DNA of 64,000 nucleotides from Cystobasidiomycetes sp. EMM_F5 (Eukaryota): NCBI GenBank assembly GCA_051047955.1, contig JBPGPT010000009.1, positions 1 to 64,000 of the forward strand, read 5' to 3'. Shown piece by piece: positions 52,236 to 64,000 of this stretch (position 1 is its first letter; each line of letters starts with the position of its first letter). The notes under the pieces were generated by a model. It saw only the letters and a program-made list of their open reading frames with translations, ran no database searches and was not told where the DNA came from. The position numbers and the translations under genes were made by a program.

Positions 52236-52709
52236 TCAATGAGGAAACTGGTAATCACCCCTGGTCCAGACGATGGCGAGCTTCCAATTTGACATTTTCC
52301 AATCACCATCCTCCTTGACGAACTGGATCTCGTATGTTGAAGCTGCAAGCAGAAACATGTTGGTTCCCATTGGTTCGTCAGGGGGAATGTGCTGATTGAG
52401 TGCATTTGCTGTGAGTAAAGCTGTATTGGCGCCGTCGTCCACATGTACGCGTATGCCGGTAGTGTGATGCTGCGTAGTCAATGGGCCAACGGTGTTGAAG
52501 ACGCCAGACATGATTGCATCTATTCCTGTCATGGTGTTGCCCATGATTTCCATTGAGATATCTGGCTTGGACGACCATGCGCTCGTGAAGAGGGAGGCCG
52601 TGTTTGTGTCTATCCCGAGCAGGGCGCGGACAAGAGTATCTTCAATCTGTTCTCTATCGCTGGCTCCCACGAGCGGCTTTGAGAATGAAGGATGGTAAGC
52701 GGAGGGCAT
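52236..52709 (-). CDS. SnoaL-like (NTF2 fold) protein, intronless
   Basis: DREQIEDTLVRALLGIDTN..LFTSAW, TQHHTT, YEIQFVKEDGDWKM. Confidence 0.8.
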   Translation of the reverse strand: MPSAYHPSFSKPLVGASDREQIEDTLVRALLGIDTNTASLFTSAWSSKPDISMEIMGNTMTGIDAIMSGVFNTVGPLTTQHHTTGIRVHVDDGANTALLTANALNQHIPPDEPMGTNMFLLAASTYEIQFVKEDGDWKMSNWKLAIVWTRGDYQFPH

Positions 52710-53245
52710 TTTGTTTTTTGTGGCGGGGATGGTGCGCGAAGGCAGGCTTTGGTGAAGCAGTTTTGGAGAGCGATGAGTGTTCAGATAGTAGAAGCAGAAG
52801 AGGTAAGCTAGTCGTAGAGCTCGCAAGCAGCTATTTAAAGGCAGTGTATATCGGCGATACCGGACTCCGAGCAGTCGCCGGAACCGATTGCGGGGCTTCG
52901 GCGATGGGACCGCCGTGGTGCATCATGCTGGTCGCGACTATCGTTTATAGCGAGTCCGTCGAGCGCTTACAAGTCTGCAACTGAGCATTTTTCATGGAAT
53001 CCGCTTAATGATCGTATTGCGGGAATTTCCGCCCGAACTATCGGCGATTGTAGATGGAGGACGGTATGATGATGCTGCAGGAGTCATTTGCTAATGGGAT
53101 TAGATGGCCTGTATCAACTCTGTTGTAACATTCGCATTGTGCGGGATACATGTGTGCTATGGGTCTGCTACCCTGCGACTCGCCCGTACAAAATCCACTC
53201 ACAAGCCCTGTGATAGCTAGGCTCTGTCATGATCAGGGTACGTAA

Positions 53246-53960
53246 TCAAAGCTTGGATGCGTCCTCAGTCTTCTTTGCCTCTTGATCCTTCTCCTTCTTC
53301 CCGAACGAGCCCATTTGGTGCGCCTGCTCGACACCCTCGACAGGATGGAGCCACGACACTCTGTTCTCCGAGAAGATCTCGACTTTGGGTTTGAGGATTG
53401 TTCCATGCAGGGACTGGTCGTCAATGGGACCACCTCTCATGAATCGTGTTCCTGGAGCCACAGTGCCGGCGCGAAACATGAGTGTTCCGCATGTTTTGCA
53501 AAATGAGTTTGCCATGGTGTGACCGGTAGTGGTCGTCTCATTCTGGCTGAAGACGGTGAGATTGTCTTCTCCTCTGACGAAGCGCGTGTGCGTGTCGAGG
53601 GTGGTGAAGTTTGTCGCAAACATGGATGCGGAGACTTTGCGACAGTCGGCACAATGGCAGACGAAGGTGTTTACCAGACCTGGTGCCTTGAGCGGCTGAG
53701 CGGAGGCGTGCGCAATATTAGTTCAGGTCAGAATGTGGATGCGTCACAAGACGATGACCAGTGCGGGGAAGCAAAGAGCGTTATGAGGCAGACGGTTTAG
53801 TCGATGCGCCTTGCACATGACTTTGACGGACTCGACTCACTGCCACCATCTGTACTGCTCCACAGGCGCATGTCAGTGTTGCCTCGTTCTCGTTCGACCA
53901 TCCGTCGCTAGTGAGCCCCTGCAAAGCAAAGCCAGACGCGCCTCTTGTAGCTGCTGCCAT
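53246..53960 (-). CDS. GFA/CENP-V (Mss4-like) zinc-binding protein
   Basis: CACGAVQ, CHCADCRK, FCKTCGTLM; one intron. Confidence 0.85.
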
Positions 53961-54465
53961 GATTGATCTCTGTTAAGAGGTGTGATAGGTGGACAATGTG
54001 CAATTTGAAAGCGCAATTCGAGAGCAAAGCGGGAGTTTGGGAGTCAAGAGTGTTTGAATAGCGGTTTTCCTAGGCCTGATAATAAGCGGCCGCGGGTACT
54101 TCACTTTTACGAGGACGGCACTTGTCGTCATTTTTGCTTGCGGTGACTATACGTGCTTCCTACTATCTACGCACCAACTATTTAGCAACCACTCTACGCC
54201 AACTCTTAGCCTCCATTCCTGCTCCCGTGTCTTGTTGACCGCCTTGAGTGGTCACGTGACATGTTCTCCCTGAGCTTCACCGGCCAAGGTGTGTTTGCTG
54301 GAATGCTGGTGCATAGCTCAAATCTCAAACAACTTTGGCGAGAAAGCAGAGCTGCCTTCTCTTTCTCTGAATTGCTCTGCACCCACACTCGTTTAACTCC
54401 CACACTCCCTTTGTCCCTCGTTCTTCTCACACCGCCTTGGAGCACACGCCCTGGCAACAAGCACA

Positions 54466-56539
54466 ATGTCGGGCCTGTATCCGCCTCAGCAGCATCTGGG
54501 CGCAAGCGGGTCTTCCGTGTCCATGGCAGAGAAGCAGCCCTACTACTACAATAACGGGGAGAGTACCGCTCAGCTCGCCAGCAACAATGGCGGAGCACCA
54601 GGCTTCTACGGCCAGCAGAATGCCCTACCCGCCACGCCGCGACCTAACCCCCGAAGGCGCAAAATCATCATTGCAAGCGCAGTCATCGGTACTCTGGTCG
54701 TCATTGGTGCTGTCGTAGGTATCCTCTTTGGTGCGCACATCATCAAGATTACCACTTCATCATCCTCCGTCACCGTATCCTCCCTTCCCGACGGCAGCAA
54801 GACGACCGTCACGAATGGCGTGTCACCCGCAAGTAGTACAGGTGTGCCCGCTGCTGCTGCGTCCGTCACCCCGCTGCCCCAATGGGACTGGACAAAGTCA
54901 AACATGGCAGCAGCGGCCAACGCGACCACTGCAAAGGCCAGCTATGTACAAGGTCCCATGGTTGGAGCGGCCTTGGGCAACTGGCTCATTCTCGAGCAGT
55001 GAGTTACTGCATGTCATTTTCCAGCCTCTTGCTCAGACCTGCTTCTCGCCCAGATGGATGAGCGAATCTTGGTTCAACACATCCGCCAAGAATAATGCAT
55101 CCGTTATCGACGAATGGAATCTGATGTTGGCACTCGGTTCGAATGCCGTTTCGACCATGAAGGCTCACTACGATACGTGGGTAACAGAAGCCGATATCGA
55201 TACCCTGCACAAAGCTGGTGTCAACATGGTCCGTATTCCAATGGGTAGGTTTCAAGTATCCTGGTATCGATAGACTGCTCACACTCGCTATGTGCAGGCT
55301 TCTGGGCATTCATCGATACCATTCCCGGAGAACCGTACTTGACCAACAATCAGACTGGCATCCTGACCTACGTGGACCGGCTCTTGGGCTGGCTATACGC
55401 CCGCAAGATGTATGCCATGTTTGATCTGCACGGCATGCCAGGCTCCCAGAATGGCGAAATCACTTCCGGCGTACACACCCTCAACCCGCGATTCTACCAA
55501 GGACCGTACCTCCAGCGTGCTCAGAATACCGTCACCAACTGCCTCAAGTACATTACAAACTCGCCTTACAGGTCTGTTGTCGCCGGTCTTGGTGTCTTGA
55601 ATGAGGTGAAAGCCGGTCTCTTCCTGCACGAGAGCAACTGCAGCTGACTATTCATTCAAATCAGCCCCGCCCGTACACGGTCGAGCAGTTTGGAATGATT
55701 CGCTCTCTGTACCAACAATCCTATGACACCAGTATGGCGCTTGCCAACCCAGTCCCGATCAGTGAGTGGGTAGAGTCTGCATACACTCATCGTGGCTGAT
55801 CAAGATTCCTTGCTGCCAAAAAGTATTCCATCATGGTTTCCCTAGTACATCCACGACACGGACAACAAAGCGAGTTCCCATGCTGACATGTCGCTTTGCC
55901 AGACTTTGTCCTCAACACGTCGTACATTGACTACTGGCAGAGCTTTGTCGCCAACAAGACCTACGGGTAAGGCGAATCAACTAAATTGCATATATTTGCT
56001 AATACTCGTGCGGTAATCTCGCAGCATGATCATGTTGGAAGATCACCCATACCCGTGAGCCTAATTGAGACGTATTGGGGCGTATGCCAATGCTGACTAC
56101 GATCTTTACGATACTCTCAGCGGCACTTTCCCACCATCCAGCGACAAGGCCTCTATGCTGAGAGGCATGTGCAACTACGTCAGCGAGTACAAGAAGTTTG
56201 GCGCGCCAGTCGTTGTCACCGAGTGGTCGCTCAAGACTGCTCTGTTTGACCACGACTGGATGAGGTCTTTCTACCAGCAACAGCTCTACTCGTGGTCCTC
56301 ATCCTCTGGTGGAGTCTTCTGGAATTTCAAGACCAACAATGGATCTATCGATGGCGGCAACAACACGCCCTACAGCATGCTCGTAAGCGTCACAGTAGAC
56401 TTGAGCTCGCGAAGCATCTTACTGATGGTCGGTCTTGGAATTGCAGGACCTGCTCAACCAAGGTGTCATCCCAACACCTGCTGCTGGCCAGACGCCTTAC
56501 CAGTTCATCCAAGGTCTCGGCAACCCGTGCTCTTCTTGA
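54466..56539 (+). CDS. Type II membrane glycoside hydrolase family 5 (exo-beta-1,3-glucanase-like), multi-exon
   Basis: N-terminal TM; LGNWLILE^WM, VRIPMG^FW, DLHGMPGSQNG, LNE^P acid/base, HPY, VVTEWS nucleophile, FWNFK. Confidence 0.9.
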
Positions 56540-56931
56540 TGCAGTCAGGGATGCGAGAGCAGCTTGATTGGTTGATTATGTTGCGAGCGTATCTTTAGCA
56601 TGTTGTAGACAGGCTGTGTTTGTCATGGACCTTTGAGCGCGAACCTGACATCGTTCTGTTGTGGTACATAGCGTGCAGTATCAAATACGCCATCAGTGCA
56701 GTCAGTCTCTTTGGTATACATTGTATGAGGTGATGATTGCTTAGAGAACAATATGCAGATAAGCATACAAATACCTGGAAGTCGTGAAGCAAAGGCTGAA
56801 CAGGATAGATACAAGTATCGCTCAGGAATTGCGTTCCTCCTATCAGCTATATCTTCAACGTTGCGAGAGGATATGGCTTTTCGAAGTTGCTTGCGCTCTC
56901 TTCTTGCCAATCCAATTCCACATCAGTCAAT

Positions 56932-58064
56932 ATGCGGTACTATCGCAATCCGTATCCTGAGGCCGACGGCCTGGTCATGGTCCAGGTCAAGCAGATCCAA
57001 GAGATGGGTGCCTACGTCAAGCTGGTGAGTTGTGACTGGATTGAGCATCGTCGACAACTTTTTTGGTTGGCAGAGCTAGCCCGAGCTGATGCGATATGCG
57101 GTCTGAAACGTACAGCTCGAGTACGACAACATTGAAGGCATGATTCTGCTCTCCGAGCTGTCGAGACGGCGTATCAGATCCATCCAGAAACTCATTCGGG
57201 TCGGCAGAAACGAGGTGGTTGTCGTAATGCGAGTTGACAAGGAAAAGGGTAAGGCCGGCTCCTGGACATTGATAGTATCGTGGAATTCCAGCTGATGTGA
57301 CCACTGCACTTCGCATACGCTCCGGATCTGCTGCTAGGCTACATCGATCTGTCAAAGCGACGAGTGTCTGCCGAAGATGTCGTAAAATGCGAAGAGCGCT
57401 ACAACAAGTCAAAGTCTGTGCATTCGATAATGAGACACGTTGCCGACAAGACAGATAGAGACCTCGAGGAGATTAACCAGATGATCGCCTGGCCCCTCTA
57501 TGACAAATTCGGCCATGCGTACGAGGCTTTCAAATTGTCAATTACGTGAGCGCAACCATAAGCTTGTAAGAGACTGAACGATGTTACTGACCTGATGGTT
57601 TTTGAAGCGACCCAACCGTCTTGGATTCCCTCAACATCCCCGAAGATGTGCTCAATGAACTGCGTGCCAACATTGCAAGACGGCTGACACCACAACCCGT
57701 CAAGATTCGTGCAGACATCGACGTGACATGTTTTGGTTATGCTGGTATCGACGCTATCCGGAGGGCGCTAAAAGCTGGAGAAGCGGTGGGAACAGAATCA
57801 ATACCCATCAAGATCAAGCTCGTCGCCCCGCCCACATATGTCATGATTTCAAACGCAACAGACAAGAATGGTGCGATAGAGACAATGGAAAAGGCCATCA
57901 CGGTCATCACAAAATCTTTGAGGAAAGAAGAAGGAGATTTGGTCGTCAAGTTGAAACCAAAGGCCGTCTCGGAAGCCGATGATCTTGAGCTCAACGCACT
58001 CATGGAGCGTGTCGCGAGGGAGAACAAGGAGGTGTCGGGAGATGACGACGATGATCAGGACTAG
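56932..58064 (+). CDS. SUI2: Translation initiation factor eIF2 alpha
   Basis: EMGAYVKL^[36 protein letters not shown]. Confidence 0.98.
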
Positions 58065-58174
58065 TTGAATACGTTTGATATTGAAGATGGTCGTTTGCCG
58101 TTGCAGATTTCGTAGTAATTTTACACAACTCTGTAGGGCTTCCGCACTTGCACTGACGACTAGCTTCCCAGCTC

Positions 58175-60080
58175 TCACTCCGCTTTTGCTTTCAATGCTC
58201 TCTCTCGCTTAATCTTCCTATATTCCTTTGCTTCGCGAGCCAGCGCGAGTACCAAGGGAACGACTGGATCTTGCAATCAGTGATTGAGCTGGTGATACAA
58301 AGCGAAGCAGACACACCGAGCGGTCCAAACAAGGGTGTATATACAGCCCATTTGTGTTCCTCTGGAAAGTAGAGCAAAGCCAGCATTTCGTGATTAAAGG
58401 AGGCTCGAGCGCTGTGATCCAGAGCTGTGGCAGACAGGTTCATAGCTTGTGCAAGCGAGGCACCTTCCATCTGGCTCAGCGCCTGTAATGCAGCAGTGAC
58501 ATCAGTCTGGACAGCCAGCGGGATTCGCATGTTTTGAATCTCGTTGACTTGTCGAGAGATAGCAGATAGGCGATCGACGGTATCCTTGGCGTTCTGCAAC
58601 GTCCTCTCTCGCATGAGTGCAGAAGTCTCCCACTGCGAGCGGTAGACTGAGGCCATCCCCGCTATTGCTGGCATACCGATAAGCGCTCTGAGCTGTTTTG
58701 CGAAAATATCAAAGGGGATTGCGAGATCGCTTGAGGAAAGGTGGGCTTGCGCTGCAGACACGACGAGGCCACCCCATTGCGGTACGGAGAATGCTTCCAG
58801 TAGTCTTGTCCCGCCTGCGAGATATCGTCAGAGGGGACACTATTTCATGGACTGCGCACCAAACCAACCCATTGAATTTTTGACCATCAGTGGGCTCTTA
58901 GCAGGCGCCGGAACGTAGAGTATGAAGTGTAAGACTGGGTCGCTAGACACGGATGATGCTATAGATAATTCGAATCATTAGATACAGCGCCAAAGCATGC
59001 TGGTCATGCACTGTCGCGTACCCAGATTCCACTCTGCAGAATTCACAAAGGCCTTGAGCTGATCTTCGTCGATGATCGCGCCTTCAGCTGTGACGTGCCG
59101 CTCCACGAGTAGTGGTGCAAAGTACTGGATCTGCGTCTCCACGTCGAACCTGTGCAACTTTGACAGGGAATTTAGGAGCGGACTAATGTAGGCTGTTGCA
59201 GGCCCGGTAATTGAATAAATGACAAGTCTGCCAGTATGACGACAAAAGGGGCTTACATTGTATCGCATGGCTGGCATCCCAGCTAGTTATACCTCCGGCT
59301 GTAATGTCCTCGTTGAGCAAACTGAAGACTAACTTGACACGCGAGGAATACTTGACGGCTGGTTGGACGAGGGAGACGTGCTGCCGCGAAAAAGGTTCAG
59401 ACAGCGGGGAGGGGGCGATAGCGGTCAGAATAGACAGATGTTCGTGATGTATACCTGGAGCAATTGATGTCTGATATGTAAAACAACCCAGTGGTGCGAG
59501 TGGGAATTGATGGCTTACTGGATGATTGGATATTGGCGCTCCGGCTGCCCGTAAAGGAGATATTGCCTGCGTTGCCGATAGTCGAGGTGAGTCGAGACGT
59601 ATCTGGTAGCCTCGCATCTGATGTCCCATCGTTCTCTATCAATTGATTGTAGTTCTCTGATTGTGCGGAGTCGGCTCGAGCATACCTGCTATCCGGAAAT
59701 CCAGGCATCGCTCTTTCGACAGTTCCGAGCTGCGCAGGTTTGCCAGTATCTCGCGATGACTGGCTATAGACTTATCGAAGCTGATTGGGACGTCGATGGT
59801 GACGGGGCATGGCTGTATGCACATCCCCATCAGGTACCGCATTAGAGACGGCTATTGAATACTGACGGCGCACCTGCTTGGCGGACCAGGTGGCTATCTC
59901 ATCCAGAGGCAGCCAGTGCCGTTCAATAGTCGTAGAGTACCACCAGTATGGCAAGCACAGCACGATGACGAGCCAGTACGACAGGACGATGGACCGGCGC
60001 GTGGACAGGGTCTGGAAGGTGTTTACGGGCGGGGACTGGGTGCTGCCAACCACATCAGAGGCTGGTGCAGCGTCATCCAT
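58175..60080 (-). CDS. GPI17: GPI transamidase subunit PIG-S/Gpi17
   Basis: SYWLVIVLCLPYWWYSTTIER, LVFSLLNED, FVNSAEWNL, AFSVPQWGGLVV, LLYFPEEHKWAVYTPLFGP. Confidence 0.9.
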
Positions 60081-60205
60081 GGCTTGTGCAGGTCCATTCG
60101 ACAGACAGTTTGGTAGCAAATTGAGCCCGAACGCCTCGATAGCTTGATCGATTCGAGCTGCAATTGTCGGGAGATGTACTTAACTTCTTTGATCCTCATC
60201 CAAAC

Positions 60206-61516
60206 ATGCCGTACAGCGCCAAAGCTGCTGCGAAAGCCAGAGGGAGAGGCGGTTCTCACGGTGGGCGTGGGCAGCGCGACAGGACTCGGCATACAAATGC
60301 GACAGACTATGGCAGGCCAGCGTCGGCAATAGTTGACAAGGATGGAGAAGACGACGAAGAAAATGATGAAGATGGTGCGCATCAAGGCTATTAAACCGAA
60401 GATGTATGAGCCTAGATACTATTAACCCGCAGATTCCGACAGTCTCGTCAAGGCCGATGACGACAGAGAACCTCGCTTGCCAGTGGCCATGTGGGCAAGC
60501 CTTTTGAGTAATGACAGCCCGTACAAGATATCTATACTTATGCGAGAGCTTCACCTGCAGGACTTTGACCATTGCGACCCGAAACGGTGTAGCGGGAAAA
60601 AGCTAGCGAGGCATGGATTGATGAGCGAACTCAGAATAGGACAGCGATTCCGAGGAATCGTCCTCAGTCCGAAAGGCACCTCTGTCGTTTCTCCATCCGA
60701 CAAGGAAATCATACTCCAGCACGGGACAGCCGTCGTAGAGTGCTCATGGGCTCGCCTAGAAGAACTGCCGTGGGCCAAGATCCGGTCGCAACACGAGAGG
60801 CTTTGTGATTTGCTATTTATTATCTAATCCGTGCTGAGCTGACAGTCAGAGTACAGTACCCTATCTGATAGCAGCCAATCCTGTAAACTACGGGAAGCCA
60901 TACAAGTTGACCTGTGTGGAAGCAGTGGCGGCAACCCTGTATATCTGCGGTATTGACGCGCAGGCAGAGGAGCTACTGAGTAAATTCGGATGGGGACATT
61001 CCTTTTGGGAGATGAATGGGTATGTTGACGAGCAGACATGTCCTATCGCTTCCACTAAATCGCTAGACGCCCTACAGCCCACTGATAGAACGATATAAAG
61101 CTTGCCATAGTGCAGAAGACGTCGAGCGCGAACAGAAGGCCATACAGGAGGAAATGGCGCACGAGGTTGAGGAACGCAGATCGACCAAAATCCAGGACGG
61201 AGATGACCTTCTCATGCTCAATCCGAATCATTCTGCCGGCGCTTGGCGGCCGTTGAGGAGAAGTCGGGCTGATCCAAATGGGACTGTCGAAGGGGAAGAC
61301 GAGGACAGTGATGAAGAGGACTATGCAGTCGAAGACGAAACGAGCGATGATGAAGATGAGCCGAAAGACAAGTTTGGAAACCGTCTGTCACCATCAGCGA
61401 GGAACAGTCAGCGTGAAAAGCAGGATCAGTCAGACAATGATCTTGACGATACACCCTCGTCAGAGTCCGTAGAGACTGTGTTAGTACAGAAGTCCTCTGC
61501 ACTCGCAGTGCGATAA
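60206..61516 (+). CDS. TSR3: 18S rRNA aminocarboxypropyltransferase
   Basis: PVAMW^[56 protein letters not shown]. Confidence 0.95.
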
Positions 61517-61614
61517 TGAATTTTGATGCCTTAACTCGTAATACGAATAATAGATCAAATGTCGGGTGATACAACAACAACTGCATGCCGTGAATGCAGC
61601 CAGTATGCACATTG

Positions 61615-62509
61615 TCACCCATTCAGCAATGCGTCCAGCTGCCTCCGCATGATCTCTGGGTCCTCGTCTTCTTCTTCGGTCTGTGCGCTTGTCTGTGTGA
61701 TGGACTTGTCATCAGAACACACTACGATAGTCACTCGACCGTGGCTCACCGGCAGCGCCCCCGTCTTGCCTGCTACTTCTCCAAGCTTGCCGCTCGTGAT
61801 TTCGTAAAGCACTTTGTTGACTTCGGAGTCCGCCTCCTCGTCCAGCTCCTCGGCATCTTCATCAAGACCGTCCATTGTTTCATCAACCATTTCCGACATG
61901 ATGCCAGCCTGTATATGTTGTGTGATGCTTTTCGTCAGCATTCTGCGACACAACGTCAGTCGGGTAGTGATGATAAGCTGACCTTTGTCATTTCCATACT
62001 CATATTACGCATTGTCGCCTGCAACTGTGGTAATTTAATCAACTGATTCGACAGCTTCATTATCTCTGTCGACTTCTGTAGGTTGCCCGTGATCTTGAGG
62101 ACGGCTATCATGTTTCGGATCCGAAACACGGAGCACATCGCATTTCGCGTAGGAAGGGTATCGCAAAAGAATGAGATATTACAACAGTGCAGATGTATAA
62201 GTTGAGGGACCCACACAGCTGATGCGTCAACTGCATATTGATGCTGTTGAGCCTGGCCTTTGACGTCGCCAAGCGATCCTTCTGCTTGTTACTCCGGACA
62301 ACCTCGACAGCCAGCATCTTTGCATTCTTGATGTCTCCCTTGTTGGCCAGCTGCTTGACGCTCAGTTTCGTCGTCCGCTGCGCCGTCTCGATACCGCGCA
62401 TTTCGCGGTCGAGCAGCCGCGACTCCTTCTTGATCTGCTGCTGCCATTGCTTCACTCGCTCCTCCGGTGACGGTCCATAGATGAACTTTTGGATGCTGGC
62501 AAAGGCCAT
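61615..62509 (-). CDS. VPS24: ESCRT-III subunit Vps24/CHMP3
   Basis: LDREMRGI, SKARLNSINMQL, GNLQKSTEIMK..LIKLPQL..MSMEMTK^AGIMSEMV. Confidence 0.9.
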
Positions 62510-62688
62510 TACTGTTGATTGACGTGTCGCATGCAAGTGGTCAGGTTTGGTCAAAGGCTGACGTTTGCCACAGTCAGAGACGCAGTGACTGTTTATCGTT
62601 CATAATGGATGTGACTGTGTTACTTTCGCTGAATACAACGTGATGTACAGACATGTTGTGGCAACGACATAGTGTATGGATCCCTTCT

Positions 62689-64000
62689 CTACTTGACCCG
62701 CGTCAGAACCTCCTGGACTAATTGCTGAATGTCGTTGTTTGACCGACACCGGGTGACAATATCTTCAATGTTGATATTCGAGTCAAGCAGCTGTAGTAGG
62801 TTGCTGGTCAGCCTTTGTCGCTCCTTGGAATGATCGAGCTCACGCTGGCCCCCTTGAATCTGCCTTGCCCCGCTTGTGTATGTATGGCAAGCGTTGCAGA
62901 CCGGCCACCATCTAGATCGTAGACTATCTTCAGTCCACCGTCTGGGTCTGTATGAACACCTTTGATGCCGAGCAGAGAAGAGAGTAAGGCAGTCCGTGCG
63001 ACAAGTCTGGTGAAAGCCGATACAGGTCGGTCAGTTCGCAGGGGACAACTTGGCACAATATACGTACTGTCGGCAGTTCTCCTCGATACGCTTATCCTTG
63101 TTGCGAACTGCACCTCGAGCTTCCGCCTCGAGCTTCTCCATCCTCGCTCGTTCAGCAGCCAGCTTCTCCACCTCCTTTTGGGCAGTCATGCAGGCAGCAT
63201 TCTGTTTCGCTCGTTGTGATTTGGCTTGCTCCAACTGTTCTCCTAGACTTTGCAAGTCGATGATCTGGGGCAAAGCTACCTTAGCCTAGCTGTTGTCTCT
63301 AAGACCTTTGCTTTGACAAACCTGCTGATCCAACGTTTCGTTGCACTCTTCGATTGTCATGCGTTGATCCTCAGGACGCGAGTTTCGCAACATAGCTAAT
63401 TCGAGCTCCATATCTTGAATACTCCTGGTCAATTCACGTGCTTCGTCCAGGGCCGGCGAGAGGTGCTTGTTTAGGTCTGGCGAATGTGGAATCAGACGAT
63501 GCACTTTGATTCTGGGGGGAGTCGCAGCATCTCCTGACCGTTATCCAAGCGCCTAGAGACTTCTGCCATCTCGCGTCTAGCCTCCTCTGCCTGCAGCTTC
63601 TTCTGTTTCAGAGAGGCTTTGGCGGCCGTTCTTTCCACCTCTGCTCTTTCACAGTCTGCTTGCGTGACCGGCGCCTGGCCATCTTCTGTCAAGCCTAGCA
63701 CTCGCTCTAGATAGCTGCGTTTGATATTGCTCTCCAACCACATGTACTTGATCTGCGTCAAATGGCGAGTATATGCGTCGAGGTCGCTGTTCAACGTAGC
63801 AGGGTCGACTGCGTACGAAGTACCATCACTCAAATTTGTGTACGATGTCATACTTTCGGTCGTTGACCGCGCCAGCGCGGTTGCATCACCACCATCCGCC
63901 CCCGCTTCGGCTCGAGCCAGTAAGTCATTTCGCAGCTGGGACGCGTGAAGGGCTTGATTTGTGAAGCGATGTATGAGCGCATTGGTCGACTCCACAAGCG
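62689..64000 (-). CDS. Coiled-coil protein, putative kinetochore Sos7/Kre28-like; start lies beyond the window
   Basis: DLDAYTRHLTQIKYMWLESNIKRSYLE resembles the Sos7 coiled-coil motif; several exons. Confidence 0.5.

Noticed and set aside
1..64000. CRISPR arrays, transposases/RT, tRNA or rRNA genes, TPP riboswitch
   Set aside because: None recognised by eye; the window is spliced eukaryotic DNA

Overview
Gene-dense eukaryotic DNA with short introns (mostly 50-70 nt). I infer a basidiomycete yeast-like fungus. About 30 protein-coding genes can be modelled by hand-splicing. Recognisable housekeeping genes are RPB3, an ERF2-like DHHC palmitoyltransferase, EAF6, ERG8, TLG2, RPL10, SUI2, GPI17/PIG-S, TSR3 and VPS24. 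Less certain calls include Stn1-like, CLASP_N, TBC Rab-GAP, RNPS1-like, GH5 and Sos7-like genes. Accessory-looking blocks lie between them. The most striking is 15.8-18.5 kb, with two secreted-protein genes that together encode three homologous aegerolysin/ET79-like beta-sandwich modules. One of them is a two-module polyprotein with Kex2-type KR sites and one spare Cys per module, which resembles a killer-toxin precursor. A three-copy SIMPL/DUF541 cluster follows, and its middle copy is damaged. At least three GC-AG introns are present. I recognised no tRNA, rRNA, CRISPR array or transposon. All family calls come from recalled motifs, not database searches, and exon boundaries are manual.
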